Below, piece by piece: positions 25,080-37,200 of a DNA stretch of 64,000 nt. The notes under the pieces were generated by a model. The model saw only the letters and a list, made by a program, of their open reading frames with translations. It searched no databases and was not told the DNA's origin. How positions within the stretch are numbered: the first letter of the stretch is position 1; each line of letters opens with the position of its first letter. The DNA is from Octopus sinensis (Eukaryota), in assembly GCF_006345805.1 (NCBI RefSeq), contig NW_021824954.1, positions 485,516 through 549,515 of the forward strand. The letters are read 5' to 3'. Position numbers and translations under genes: made by a program.

Positions 25080-25340
25080 CCCGGGTTGATTCGGGGTTAA
25101 CCACAGTAAATAAGGTACTCAATACATAGCAGAGTAAAATTAATTTATTATATAGAAGGAGCTTCTACAGGACTAGAACTGTTTCATTCAAGAGAAATCT
25201 TCAGGAAGCTAGTTAACAAGAATTGTATTGGCATTTATACATTTAGGCAGGTTTAAAGGGGTGGTGGTGGGGGACTTTTTGGGGGTAGGCATAGCGCAAA
25301 ATATCATACTTGGGGGAGTGGTCAAGGAGTCAGTGGTAAA
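25078..25340 (-). mobile_element. Solo PLE-like terminal repeat (second family)
   Basis: Contains a canonical hammerhead, ends next to (TA)n, and has a C/T-rich upstream part on the minus strand. Confidence 0.6.
25160..25210 (-). ncRNA. Type-I hammerhead ribozyme with canonical core
   Basis: AGCUUC-CUGAAGA-UUUC-UCUU-GAAU-GAA-ACAG-UUCUAGUC-CUGU-A-GAAGCU: 6-bp stem I, weak stem II, 4-bp stem III with 8-nt loop, GUA cleavage triplet. Confidence 0.8.
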
Positions 25341-25480
25341 TTAGATAAAAGAATAAATAAAAGAATAAAAAATATATAAAGAATCAAGTCTTAGGTAAAT
25401 AAGGAGATTCTCACTTATACCTATACACATATGTATACATATATACACACACACACACATATATACATACACACATACAT

Positions 25481-25511
<31 letters not shown>

Positions 25512-25580
25512 CACATACTCATACATGCATATATCTACACATATATATACACATATATATATATCTATATATACACACAC

Positions 25581-25611
<31 letters not shown>

Positions 25612-25791
25612 TATGCATACACATATACACACACACATGTATATATACACACACGACCACACATACATATACACACATAAAAATATATACATACACACAC
25701 ATACACATACACGCATACACGCATACACACACATATCCACATACACACATGCACACACAACACACAAGTCCCTATATACACATATATACAT

Positions 25792-25835
<44 letters not shown>

Positions 25836-26063
25836 GTGTACCTATACATACCTACACATACACACATTTACATACAAATACAGACCCATTCCCTAATTTT
25901 AATTTTATTATCTTCATTTATTACTTTTGTTACCTTTGACCGCTGGTCACAAGCATCTTGGCTATGACAGCAAGTCCGTTTATCTTTCTACTTGAAAACA
26001 AGCACTCATTCACGCACGCACACTCATTAGCACGCACACTCACTCATTCGTACACTCATACGC

Positions 26064-26123
<60 letters not shown>

Positions 26124-26327
26124 GTGTCAGTGCTTGTCTTCCACCACCGCTTGACAACCGGTGTTGGTATGTCCCCGTAACTTAGCGGTTCGGCAAAAGA
26201 ACCCGATAGAATAAGTACTAGACTTTTAAAAAATGAGTCCTGAGGTTGATTTGTTCGACTAAAACCTGCCAAGGTGCTGTACCAGCATGGCTGCAGCCAA
26301 ATGACTGGAACAAGTAAAAGATAAAAG

Positions 26328-26373
<46 letters not shown>

Positions 26374-26413
26374 GTATAAACAAGCAATATATATATATAT
26401 ATATATATATATA

Positions 26414-26725
26414 TCTTATCTCTTATTATAAAAGGCAGATTTTTATCTGCCTCCCTTTGTCTCTTATAGAAATCTACAATATAGGATTTCTTCAATTACA
26501 ATTTACCTAGCATTTTTAAGAGTAGAATACATCGGGTCGTGCCAGGTACAGTTTTTCAATTTTCACCCCCAATTAAGCAAAATTTCGAGAAAACTCACAT
26601 TGTGGTGTGTAAGTGAAGTGCTTTTCTTAGTGTGTGCTACAGCACACACACACACACCACACACACACACACCACATATATATATATGTATAAACAAGCA
26701 ATATATATATATATATATATATATA
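26414..26725 (+). repeat. Duplicated Helitron 5' end plus upstream flank (~310-bp tandem duplication)
   Basis: 26414-26640 is identical by eye to 26726-26952. The flank catatatatatatgtataaacaagcaa also recurs; the unit is bounded by (CA)n. Confidence 0.9.
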
Positions 26726-26950
26726 TCTTATCTCTTATTATAAAAGGCAGATTTTTATCTGCCTCCCTTTGTCTCTTATAGAAATCTACAATATAGGATT
26801 TCTTCAATTACAATTTACCTAGCATTTTTAAGAGTAGAATACATCGGGTCGTGCCAGGTACAGTTTTTCAATTTTCACCCCCAATTAAGCAAAATTTCGA
26901 GAAAACTCACATTGTGGTGTGTAAGTGAAGTGCTTTTCTTAGTGTGTGCT

Positions 26951-26987
<37 letters not shown>

Positions 26988-27345
26988 AGCGAACTGCTTC
27001 ACTCATGCTATCACCCTAATTTCTCCTACTTTCTCTTTGCAAGTGTACCTTACAACACGACTCAAAAAAAAACAGCAAACAGAAACAAATAAATACATAA
27101 CGATTTACTCCTCACACAATTTCTTCAATTACAGTTTACCTATGATTTTTACAAGTACTTACATACAAAATTTATTTCAATTTCACCCCCAATTAAGACA
27201 AAATTCGAGAAAACTCAATATTTTAACATTTCACTCTTTCACTTTGAAGCCTTTACTCTGCCTATTACTCCCACTACCTCTTTAGACACATAGGCACGCT
27301 AATATATACGATAGTGTCAATTGTTGACAGACATTGTAAGCTAAC

Positions 27346-27396
<51 letters not shown>

Positions 27397-30300
27397 CGGT
27401 GAGCCATTCAGACTGGTCATCCATTTTGGCTAGAAGAAGATCCCTTATGGTCTTATATGCTACACCACTGGTTTTCAGTTCAAGAAAGACTATTCATTAT
27501 AATACATCAGTTCCACACATTTCGGACAACTGGTTCCATTTCGGACAACTGCACAAACATTTGCCATTTCACACATGTATGTAAACTAATTCCTTTCTTA
27601 AAAATTTCAATTCATTTTCTTTTTCAATTTACGTTTCTATACACTTTACGCAAATATTTGATTAAACAACTAAAACACTTCACATTTCGAACATGTACGT
27701 AAACTACTTCCTTTCTTGCAAATCTAACTTTCTTTTCTGGCTTTTAACTCAAATTTCTATGCATTTTACACACTCCGTCGCTATACTTGCATAAAAAATT
27801 TCTTTCAGCTGCTAATATTTATTTCTTTTCCTTCCACGGTTTACATTTTTCCACATTTCATTCACATTACAATTTCTATCTTTAAGTAACTTTCACCCTT
27901 TCTTTTTCACATAAAATGTCACCGAAAAAGAGAAGTCGCCTCGGCCGCCATACTGCAGCAGCAGCGGCGAAAAAGGCGAAGCGCAGCGCCATAAACGCTT
28001 CTGCTGTTGCTGCACAAAGGGCTTCAGAGGACCCACAACAAAGGGCCACTCGACTGGCTACAAACGCTGCGGCTACTGCTGCTTCAACATTTTCGACACA
28101 TTCCCACGACTCAGACCAGCAACGTTCTACATTCCAGCGGAACAGTCGACGCCGCGGTCTGACGAGTCCAAACACACCTTACTGGCATCTACGTGCTTTC
28201 AAGTATGAGCCCAACTTCAATTACTCGATGCACGCTGACATAAATATTGGGGAAATGTGCTGCAATTGCCAATTCTGCAATGCTAAAAAGTGGGCTGGGG
28301 AACCACCTGCGATGTGCTGCTTAAACGGTAAGGTCAGCTTGCCCCCTCTTCGGGAGCTGCCAGACCCTTTGAAGGAATTACTTACTGGTTCCACCTCAAG
28401 GTCATCAAAATTCCTTCAACCCATCAGGAAATACAATTGTGCATTTCAGATGACTTCTTTCGGGGCTAACGTTGTCAGAGAAACTGGTTGGATGCCTACT
28501 TTCAAGGTCCAGGGCCAGGTGTACCAACTTATTGGGTCACTCCAGCCACTACAAAATTGCAAACCTTCGTTCCTTCAAATTTATTTCATTACAAATTACA
28601 ATAGGCAACTTGATTTGCGTTTCGATGTAATTCCACAACCTGCAAACACTGACGCTGACAATTTCGACAGGGACGTGCTGCTCACTCTGCAAAACATGCT
28701 TCATGACCACAACAGCTATATTCGCAGTTTCAAATACGCCTTGGAAACAGCCCCTTCACCAACATTCACCATTGTCATCGATGCTGACAAAAGGCCTTCT
28801 GGGGAGCACGCGCGGCGATATAACGCTCCTTCGTGCAATGAAGTGGCCATAGTTCTCCATGGTGAACAGCACAAGCAGCGGGACATAGTTCATCAAAGCC
28901 GCGACAGTGGTCTTCAGTGTATTAATGAGACGCATCGGTCATATGACGCCCTGCAGTATCCCCTTCTTTTTCCGTATGGGTACCATTTCGGCATTCCTCA
29001 CCACAAACCAAACGAGCCCTTGGCTGCGACATCTAAAACTGTTTCATGTATGGCTTTTTACTCAGACCGCTTCATGACAAGGCATAATGATTTCAACCCC
29101 CTGCACAGATCACGGGAACTGTTTCACCAGTTTGCATTTGACATAGCTGCAAAGATGGAGTCCGAGAGACTGGGCTTCATCAAATTGAATCAGAAGCAGC
29201 TGCGCTCAGACTCCTACATCCATTTGCGTGATGGCATCAGGAATGACACTGACGCCCGCAATATCGGCAAAATGTGCATTCTCCCCTCAACCTATACAGG
29301 GGACCCACGGTACATGCACGAGCGAACACAAGACGCTATGACTTACGTTCGGCATTATGGGCGACCCGATTTATTCATTACCTTTACATGTAACCCAAAG
29401 TGGGTTGAGGTAACGCGAGAACTTCTCCCAGGGCAGCAGTACTGTCATCGCCATGATATTATTGCAAGGGTTTTCAGGCAGAAACTGGCTAAGCTCATTC
29501 TTTTAATAAAAAAAGGCCAGGTTTTTGGGCCTGTTAACTGCCACATGTATACTGTTGAGTGGCAGAAAAGAGGGTTGCCACACGCGCACATTTTGCTTTG
29601 GTTGGTCAACAAAATAGACCCAACAGTTCTTGATGATCTCATTGCAGCAGAAATTCCGGACCCAACTGTTGACCGGCAGCTGTACGACATTGTGAAGGCA
29701 CACATGGTACACGGTCCGTGCGGTCCTGGTTTTCAAAAGTTCTCCTCGTGCCACAAAGACCACGTGTGCACTAAACGGTACCCAAAGAGGTTCGTGGACG
29801 AGACCCAGACCGGCCGCGACGGATACCCACTGTACAGAAGAAGGCACCCTGACAATGGTGGATTCACTATAACGTTACGGGGTCATCAAGTGGATAATAG
29901 GTGGGTAGTGCCGTACTGACCATTTCTGATGAAAACTTTTAACGCTCACATAAATGTGGAGTTCTGTCATTCAGTCAAGTCTATAAAGTATATATGTAAA
30001 TATGTTAACAAGGGTTCTGACGCTGCCATGTTTGGCCTTCAAAAGGACAATAGCATGGACGAGGTGTCACAGTAAATGGCAGGTCGGTACATAAGCAGTG
30101 GTGAAGCTTTTTGGCGGATATTCGGGTTTCCACTTCACCAAAGGCACCCCGCCATCATACAACTAGCGGTTCATTTGGAAAATGGCCAACGAACTTACTT
30201 TACTGAACAGACTGCAGCTGATTTGGCGGCAAATCCAAAACAAACAACTTTGACCGGTTTCTTTAGGCTTTGCCAACTTGACACATTTGCTAAAACACTT

Positions 30301-33170
30301 TTATACCCTCAGGTCCCGTCCTACTACGTGTGGTCAAACAACAATTGGGTGCGTAGGAAGTCGGGTCAGGATGTTGAAGGAGATCCTGGTGTCAAGTTTA
30401 ACAGTTGTCTAGGAAGAGTCTACACTGTACCTCCAAACCAACATGACTGTTTTCACCTGCGCCTTCTCCTCCATGAGGTTTTAGGCCCACAAAGTTTTCA
30501 AGACATCAGAACTGTTGATGGTGTATTATGTGATACTTTCCGTGAAGCCTGTTTTCGGCGTCGACTTTTGGAGGATGATTCACAATGGGGCGCCACTATG
30601 GCAGAAGGTGTTTCATTAAAATCTCCTAAAAAAATCAGATCGCTTTTCGCTATTCTATTACTATGGTGTGACTTGGCTAATCCTGCCTCTTTATGGCTTA
30701 CCTACAAAGATGATATGTCTGAAGATTTCCTGCGTGACGCTCAATCGCTACATCCATCAATGGAGGTCGGGTACACTAACCTCATTTACAACAGGGCGCT
30801 GCTTGAAATCGAAGATACTGTACTCGATATGGGCGGTAGTGCCTTGCCGGTCTATGGCCTACCTTCAACAAACCGGGAATGCACAAACACTCTGTCTTCA
30901 CATTTGCTGCGTGAGACATGTTTTAATGTTGACGAGCTTGCCGAGTACATAGCCGACAATGAGCCAAAGCTCATTCCAGAACAGAAGTTCGCTTACAACT
31001 CCGTTGTTAATTCAGTCCGGGCCAAAGCTGGGGACATTTTTTTCCTGGACGCTCCTGGGGGCACTGGGACAACTTTTGTCAACAAATTAATATTGGCTGA
31101 GATTAGGCGAACACAAGGCATTGCCCTAGCTGTGGCATCATCTGGAATTGCGGCTACTTTGTTGCCAGGCGGCAGGACAGCTCACTGTACTTTCAAACTC
31201 CCACTTGACTTAGCGAAGACTGAGACACCAACTTGCAACATCAGTAACAGCTCCGATCAGGCAGAAGTCTTCAGACGATGCAAGCTTATCGTTTGGGATG
31301 AATGCACGATGGCCCACAGAGGTACTCTTGAGGCACTAGATAGATCTCTCAGAGACATCAAACACTCTTCAGCTCCCATGGGAGGCATAAACACTTCTTC
31401 TTTCAGGGGACTTCCGACAAACACTTCCCGTTATTCCCAAAGGGACTAGAGCTGATGCTGTAAGTGCGTGTCTTAAGTCATCCACATTGTGGCCACTGGT
31501 GAAGATTCTCAAACTTCACACCAATATGCGTGCTCATATGCGACGTGATATCACATCAGCAGCATTTTCTCACACCCTCCTTGCACTTGGCGAAGGCAAA
31601 ATACCAGGGGATGAAAATGGTAATATTGCCATCAATTCCATTTGTACCATTGTTAACACGCCTTCTGATCTCAGAGATGCAGTATTCCCAGATCTACAAG
31701 CTAATTATCAGAATATGGATTGGATTGGCCAAAGGGCTATTCTGGCCCCGAGGAACAAAACTGTTCACCATATTAATGATGAAATGCTAAAACTCATTCC
31801 TGGGGATGTCTATGTATATAAGTCTATCGATACAACTCCTGACCCAGAGGACGTCATCAATTATCCAATAGAGGTACTCAATTCCTTTGAGCCCCCGGAC
31901 TACCACCACACATTCTCAAACTTAAAGTTGGTGCCCCTATAATGCTCATTAGAAATTTGGTTCCCCCAAAACAATGTAATGGCACACGTTTGATCGTTAA
32001 GTCCTTATCTCCCAATCTGATTGAGGCCACCATTATCACAGGGTGCGGTCGAGGCAACGTTGTGCTCATACCTAGGATGCATCTTTTCCCATCAGGAGCA
32101 GACCTACCTTTCATATTTCGGAGGTCCCAGTTCCCAGTAAGGCCATGTTTCGCAATGTCAATTAACAAAGCGCAGGGTCAAACACTGTCTGTGGCAGGAA
32201 TACATTTGGGAGAGCCATGTTTCTCTCATGGTCAGCTTTATGTTGGCTGCTCGCGTGTCGGCAGCAACAGTGATGCTTTCGCATTCCTTCCACAACGAAA
32301 AACAAAAAACATTGTGTACAAGGAGGTTTTATAGGATTACTACGTTTCATCATTTTCAAGCACGTTAGTATTTCACTTACATACGACTCTCTTTTATGAC
32401 GGCATTTACATTTCTAGGCGTTTCATAACATTAATTCACACTTAACCAACACCTGTTCTTCGCTCAACTCTATTTCTATCCATTCATCATCAAACCACCA
32501 GCCTCATCTTCTATATCCAACGTACATGACACATCTACCCCCTACATCTACACTCTCACTGTTAAAGTTTACATGAGCGACAACACGATCGCAACATACA
32601 CTTTCGAAACTAATCAACAGATCATTTTATACAACAAATTTAATCAAAACGCCCATCAATGAAAACATCTCCACCACTGTATTGTGATTCACCTAATCAG
32701 CACCACTACAGTCTTGCCGGTCTGACATATGGTGAGTAGATGCTATTGTTCTATATTTTATAAATTACACATATTTACTTACCCATGCTTCATTCCTCTC
32801 TCGCCTACATGAAATCCACTCTCTTTTAACACAGCATCAAGTTTTGTAACAGCACATCCGCTGCCGTTCGTGCAAAACGAAGAGACCCTATTCACCTGCG
32901 AACGTTTTACATCGCCTTCCACGACTATCAAATTCTTACAATTATGAGAACAATAACATGGCTCTTTTCAAGGCAACCTCGCATTCAATTCTTACACCAT
33001 TCTACGAGGGGGTAGGAACACCTTTACACGGCTTTCTATACACTTACAAATACATTCATTCGCCGTAAACTTATATCAATATTTGCCTGAATAATCATCA
33101 TAATTCAGTGCAATCATTAACAGTACTTTCAAGCAATTCAGCCCCGAGCAACGCCGGGCAATTCTGCTAG
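26726..33170 (+). mobile_element. Helitron family A, copy 1 (autonomous-type, inactivated)
   Basis: 5' A|TCTTATCTCTTATTATAAAAGG; RepHel coding region; 3' hairpin cccgagcaacgccggg followed by caattctgCTAG|T. Confidence 0.95.
27916..32334 (+). pseudogene. Helitron Rep/PIF1-helicase (RepHel)
   Basis: Cys-rich CQFCNAKKW..EP..CCLNGKV; Rep motifs PDLFITFTCNPKW, VEWQKRGLPHAHILLW (HUH) and KYICKYVNKG; helicase DAPGGTGTTF (Walker A Lys lost), [36 protein letters not shown]. Stops at ~29917 and ~30073 plus frameshifts near 31390 and 31890. Confidence 0.95.
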
Positions 33171-33529
33171 TATATATATAAATGGCAATATGTCTGCGTG
33201 CGTGTCCTTTATACAAATCCACAATTTTTCATTTAGAGGGCTCACACTTTCTATGGTCATTTAAAACCGTTCAAGGGTGGTCGTGCACATCTTTACATTT
33301 TCCCAGTCACCCCGCAAACCCATTAAAAAATCAATAGAAGTGACTTTTTTGTGAATTTTCTATCCAAAACCCAATCAAAATGCCCGAAACTTGATATGCC
33401 AATTGAATGCCAACTAGCCGTATGTGATTGGTCGCTATGTGGAAAGTACTCGCGTGTATATGCGCACGCACGCAGCTGTATATGCATGCACTAGCAGTAT
33501 GATCCGGCGTTGCCGGGTCATAGTGCTAG
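33171..33529 (+). mobile_element. Non-autonomous Helitron family B, copy 1 (~360 bp)
   Basis: Starts TATATATATAAATGGC directly after A's CTAG; ends in a palindromic CTAG terminus. Confidence 0.75.
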
Positions 33530-33584
33530 TATATATATAAACAGGCAAAAGATTATATATATATATATATATATAATATATATA

Positions 33585-34210
33585 TCTTATCTCTTATTAT
33601 AAAAGGCAGATTTTTATCTGCCTCCCTTTGTCTCTTATAGAAATCTACAATATAGGATTTCTTCAATTACAATTACCTAGCATTTTTAAGAGTAGAATAC
33701 ATCGGGTCGTGCCAGGTACAGTTTTTCAATTTCACCCCCAATTAAGCAAAATTTCGAGAAAACTCACATTGTGGTGTGTAAGTGAAGTGCTTTTCTTAGT
33801 GTGTGCTACAGCACACACACACACACCACACACACACACACAAACGGAGCGAACTGCTTCACTCATGCTATCACCCTAATTTCTCCTACTTTCTCTTTGC
33901 AAGTGTACCTTACAACACGACTCAAAAAAAACAGCAAACAGAAACAAATAAATACATAACGATTTACTCCTCACACAATTTCTTCAATTACAGTTTACCT
34001 ATGATTTTTACAAGTACTTACATACAAAATTTATTTCAATTTCACCCCCAATTAAGACAAAATTCGAGAAAACTCAATATTTTAACATTTCACTCTTTCA
34101 CTTTGAAGCCTTACTCTGCCTATTACTCCCACTACCTCTTTAGACACATAGGCACGCTAATATATACGATAGTGTCAATTGTTGACAGACATTGTAAGCT
34201 AACGTGTGTG

Positions 34211-34255
<45 letters not shown>

Positions 34256-37200
34256 CGGTGAGCCATTCAGACTGGTCATCCATTTTGGCTAGAAGAAGAT
34301 CCCTTATGGTCTTATATGCTACACCACTGGTTTTCAGTTCAAGAAAGACTATTCATTATAATACATCAGTTCCACACATTTCGGACAACTGGTTCCATTT
34401 CGGACAACTGCACAAACATTTGCCATTTCACACATGTATGTAAACTAATTCCTTTCTTAAAAATTTCAATTCATTTTCTTTTTCAATTTACGTTTCTATA
34501 CACTTTACGCAAATATTTGATTAAACAACTAAAACACTTCACATTTCGAACATGTACGTAAACTACTTCCTTTCTTGCAAATCTAACTTTCTTTTCTGGC
34601 TTTTAACTCAAATTTCTATGCATTTTACACACTCCGTCGCTATACTTGCATAAAAAATTTCTTTCAGCTGCTAATATTTATTTCTTTTCCTTCCACGGTT
34701 TACATTTTTCCACATTTCATTCACATTACAATTTCTATCTTTAAGTAACTTTCACCCTTTCTTTTTCACATAAAATGTCACCGAAAAAGAGAAGTCGCCT
34801 CGGCCGCCATACTGCAGCAGCAGCGGCGAAAAAGGCGAAGCGCAGCGCCATAAACGCTTCTGCGTTGCTGCACAAAGGGCTTCAGAGGACCCACAACAAA
34901 GGGCACTCGACTGGCTACAAACGCTGCGGCTACTGCTGCTTCAACATTTTCGACACATTCCCACGACTCAGACCAGCAACGTTCTACATTCCAGCGGAAC
35001 AGTCGACGCCGCGGTCTGACGAGTCCAAACACACCTTACTGGCATCTACGTGCTTTCAAGTATGAGCCCAACTTCAATTACTCGATGCACGCTGACATAA
35101 ATATTGGGGAAATGTGCTGCAATTGCCAATTCTGCAATGCTAAAAAGTGGGCTGGGGAACCACCTGCGATGTGCTGCTTAAACGGTAAGGTCAGCTTGCC
35201 CCCTCTTCGGGAGCTGCCAGACCCTTTGAAGGAATTACTTACTGGTTCCACCTCAAGGTCATCAAAATTCCTTCAACCCATCAGGAAATACAATTGTGCA
35301 TTTCAGATGACTTCTTTCGGGGCTAACGTTGTCAGAGAAACTGGTTGGATGCCTACTTTCAAGGTCCAGGGCCAGGTGTACCACTTATTGGGTCACTCCA
35401 GCCACTACAAAATTGCAAACCTTCGTTCCTTCAAATTTATTTCATTACAAATTACAATAGGCAACTTGATTTGCGTTTCGATGTAATTCCACAACCTGCA
35501 AACACTGACGCTGACAATTTCGACAGGGACGTGCTGCTCACTCTGCAAAACATGCTTCATGACCACAACAGCTATATTCGCAGTTTCAAATACGCCTTGG
35601 AAACAGCCCCTTCACCAACATTCACCATTGTCATCGATGCTGACAAAAGGCCTTCTGGGGAGCACGCGCGGCGATATAACGCTCCTTCGTGCAATGAAGT
35701 GGCCATAGTTCTCCATGGTGAACAGCACAAGCAGCGGACATAGTTCATCAAAGCCGCGACAGTGGTCTTCAGTGTATTAATGAGACGCATCGGTCATATG
35801 ACGCCCTGCAGTATCCCCTTCTTTTTCGTATGGGTACCATTTCGGCATTCCTCACCACAAACCAAACGAGCCCTTGGCTGCGACATCTAAAACTGTTTCA
35901 TGTATGGCTTTTTACTCAGACCGCTTCATGACAAGGCATAATGATTTCAACCCCCTGCACAGATCACGGAACTGTTTCACCAGTTTGCATTTGACATAGC
36001 TGCAAAGATGGAGTCGAGAGACTGGGCTTCATCAAATTGAATCAGAAGCAGCTGCGCTCAGACTCCTACATCCATTTGCGTGATGGCATCAGGAATGACA
36101 CTGACGCCCGCAATATCGGCAAAATGTGCATTCTCCCCTCAACCTATACAGGGGACCCACGGTACATGCACGAGCGAACACAAGACGCTATGACTTACGT
36201 TCGGCATTATGGGCGACCCGATTTATTCATTACCTTTACATGTAACCCAAAGTGGGTTGAGGTAACGCGAGAACTTCTCCCAGGGCAGCAGTACTGTCAT
36301 CGCCATGATATTATTGCAAGGGTTTTCAGGCAGAAACTGGCTAAGCTCATTCTTTTAATAAAAAAAGGCCAGGTTTTTGGGCCTGTTAACTGCCACATGT
36401 ATACTGTTGAGTGGCAGAAAAGAGGGTTGCCACACGCGCACATTTTGCTTTGGTTGGTCAACAAAATAGACCCAACAGTTCTTGATGATCTCATTGCAGC
36501 AGAAATTCCGGACCCAACTGTTGACCGGCAGCTGTACGACATTGTGAAGGCACACATGGTACACGGTCCGTGCGGTCCTGGTTTTCAAAAGTTCTCCTCG
36601 TGCCACAAAGACCACGTGTGCACTAAACGGTACCCAAAGAGGTTCGTGGACGAGACCCAGACCGGCCGCGACGGATACCCACTGTACAGAAGAAGGCACC
36701 CTGACAATGGTGGATTCACTATAACGTTACGGGGTCATCAAGTGGATAATAGGTGGGTAGTGCCGTACTGACCATTTCTGATGAAAACTTTTAACGCTCA
36801 CATAAATGTGGAGTTCTGTCATTCAGTCAAGTCTATAAAGTATATATGTAAATATGTTAACAAGGGTTCTGACGCTGCCATGTTTGGCCTTCAAAAGGAC
36901 AATAGCATGGACGAGGTGTCACAGTAAATGGCAGGTCGGTACATAAGCAGTGGTGAAGCTTTTTGGCGGATATTCGGGTTTCCACTTCACCAAAGGCACC
37001 CCGCCATCATACAACTAGCGGTTCATTTGGAAAATGGCCAACGAACTTACTTTACTGAACAGACTGCAGCTGATTTGGCGGCAAATCCAAAACAAACAAC
37101 TTTGACCGGTTTCTTTAGGCTTTGCCAACTTGACACATTTGCTAAAACACTTTTATACCCTCAGGTCCCGTCCTACTACGTGTGGTCAAACAACAATTGG

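Larger units (their letters stand above)
24872..26330 (+). mobile_element. SINE family 1 halves separated by inserts: 5' half 24872-25027, 3' half ~26100-26330
   Basis: Both halves are on the + strand in the correct order. A PLE repeat and ~700 bp of microsatellite-rich DNA lie between them. That they are one original copy is inferred. Confidence 0.6.

Noticed and set aside
33530-33584. Rolling-circle concatemer junction between the two Helitron blocks
   Set aside because: A ~55-bp spacer that also follows copy 2 separates CTAG from TC, which fits duplication through (TA)n or mis-assembly instead.
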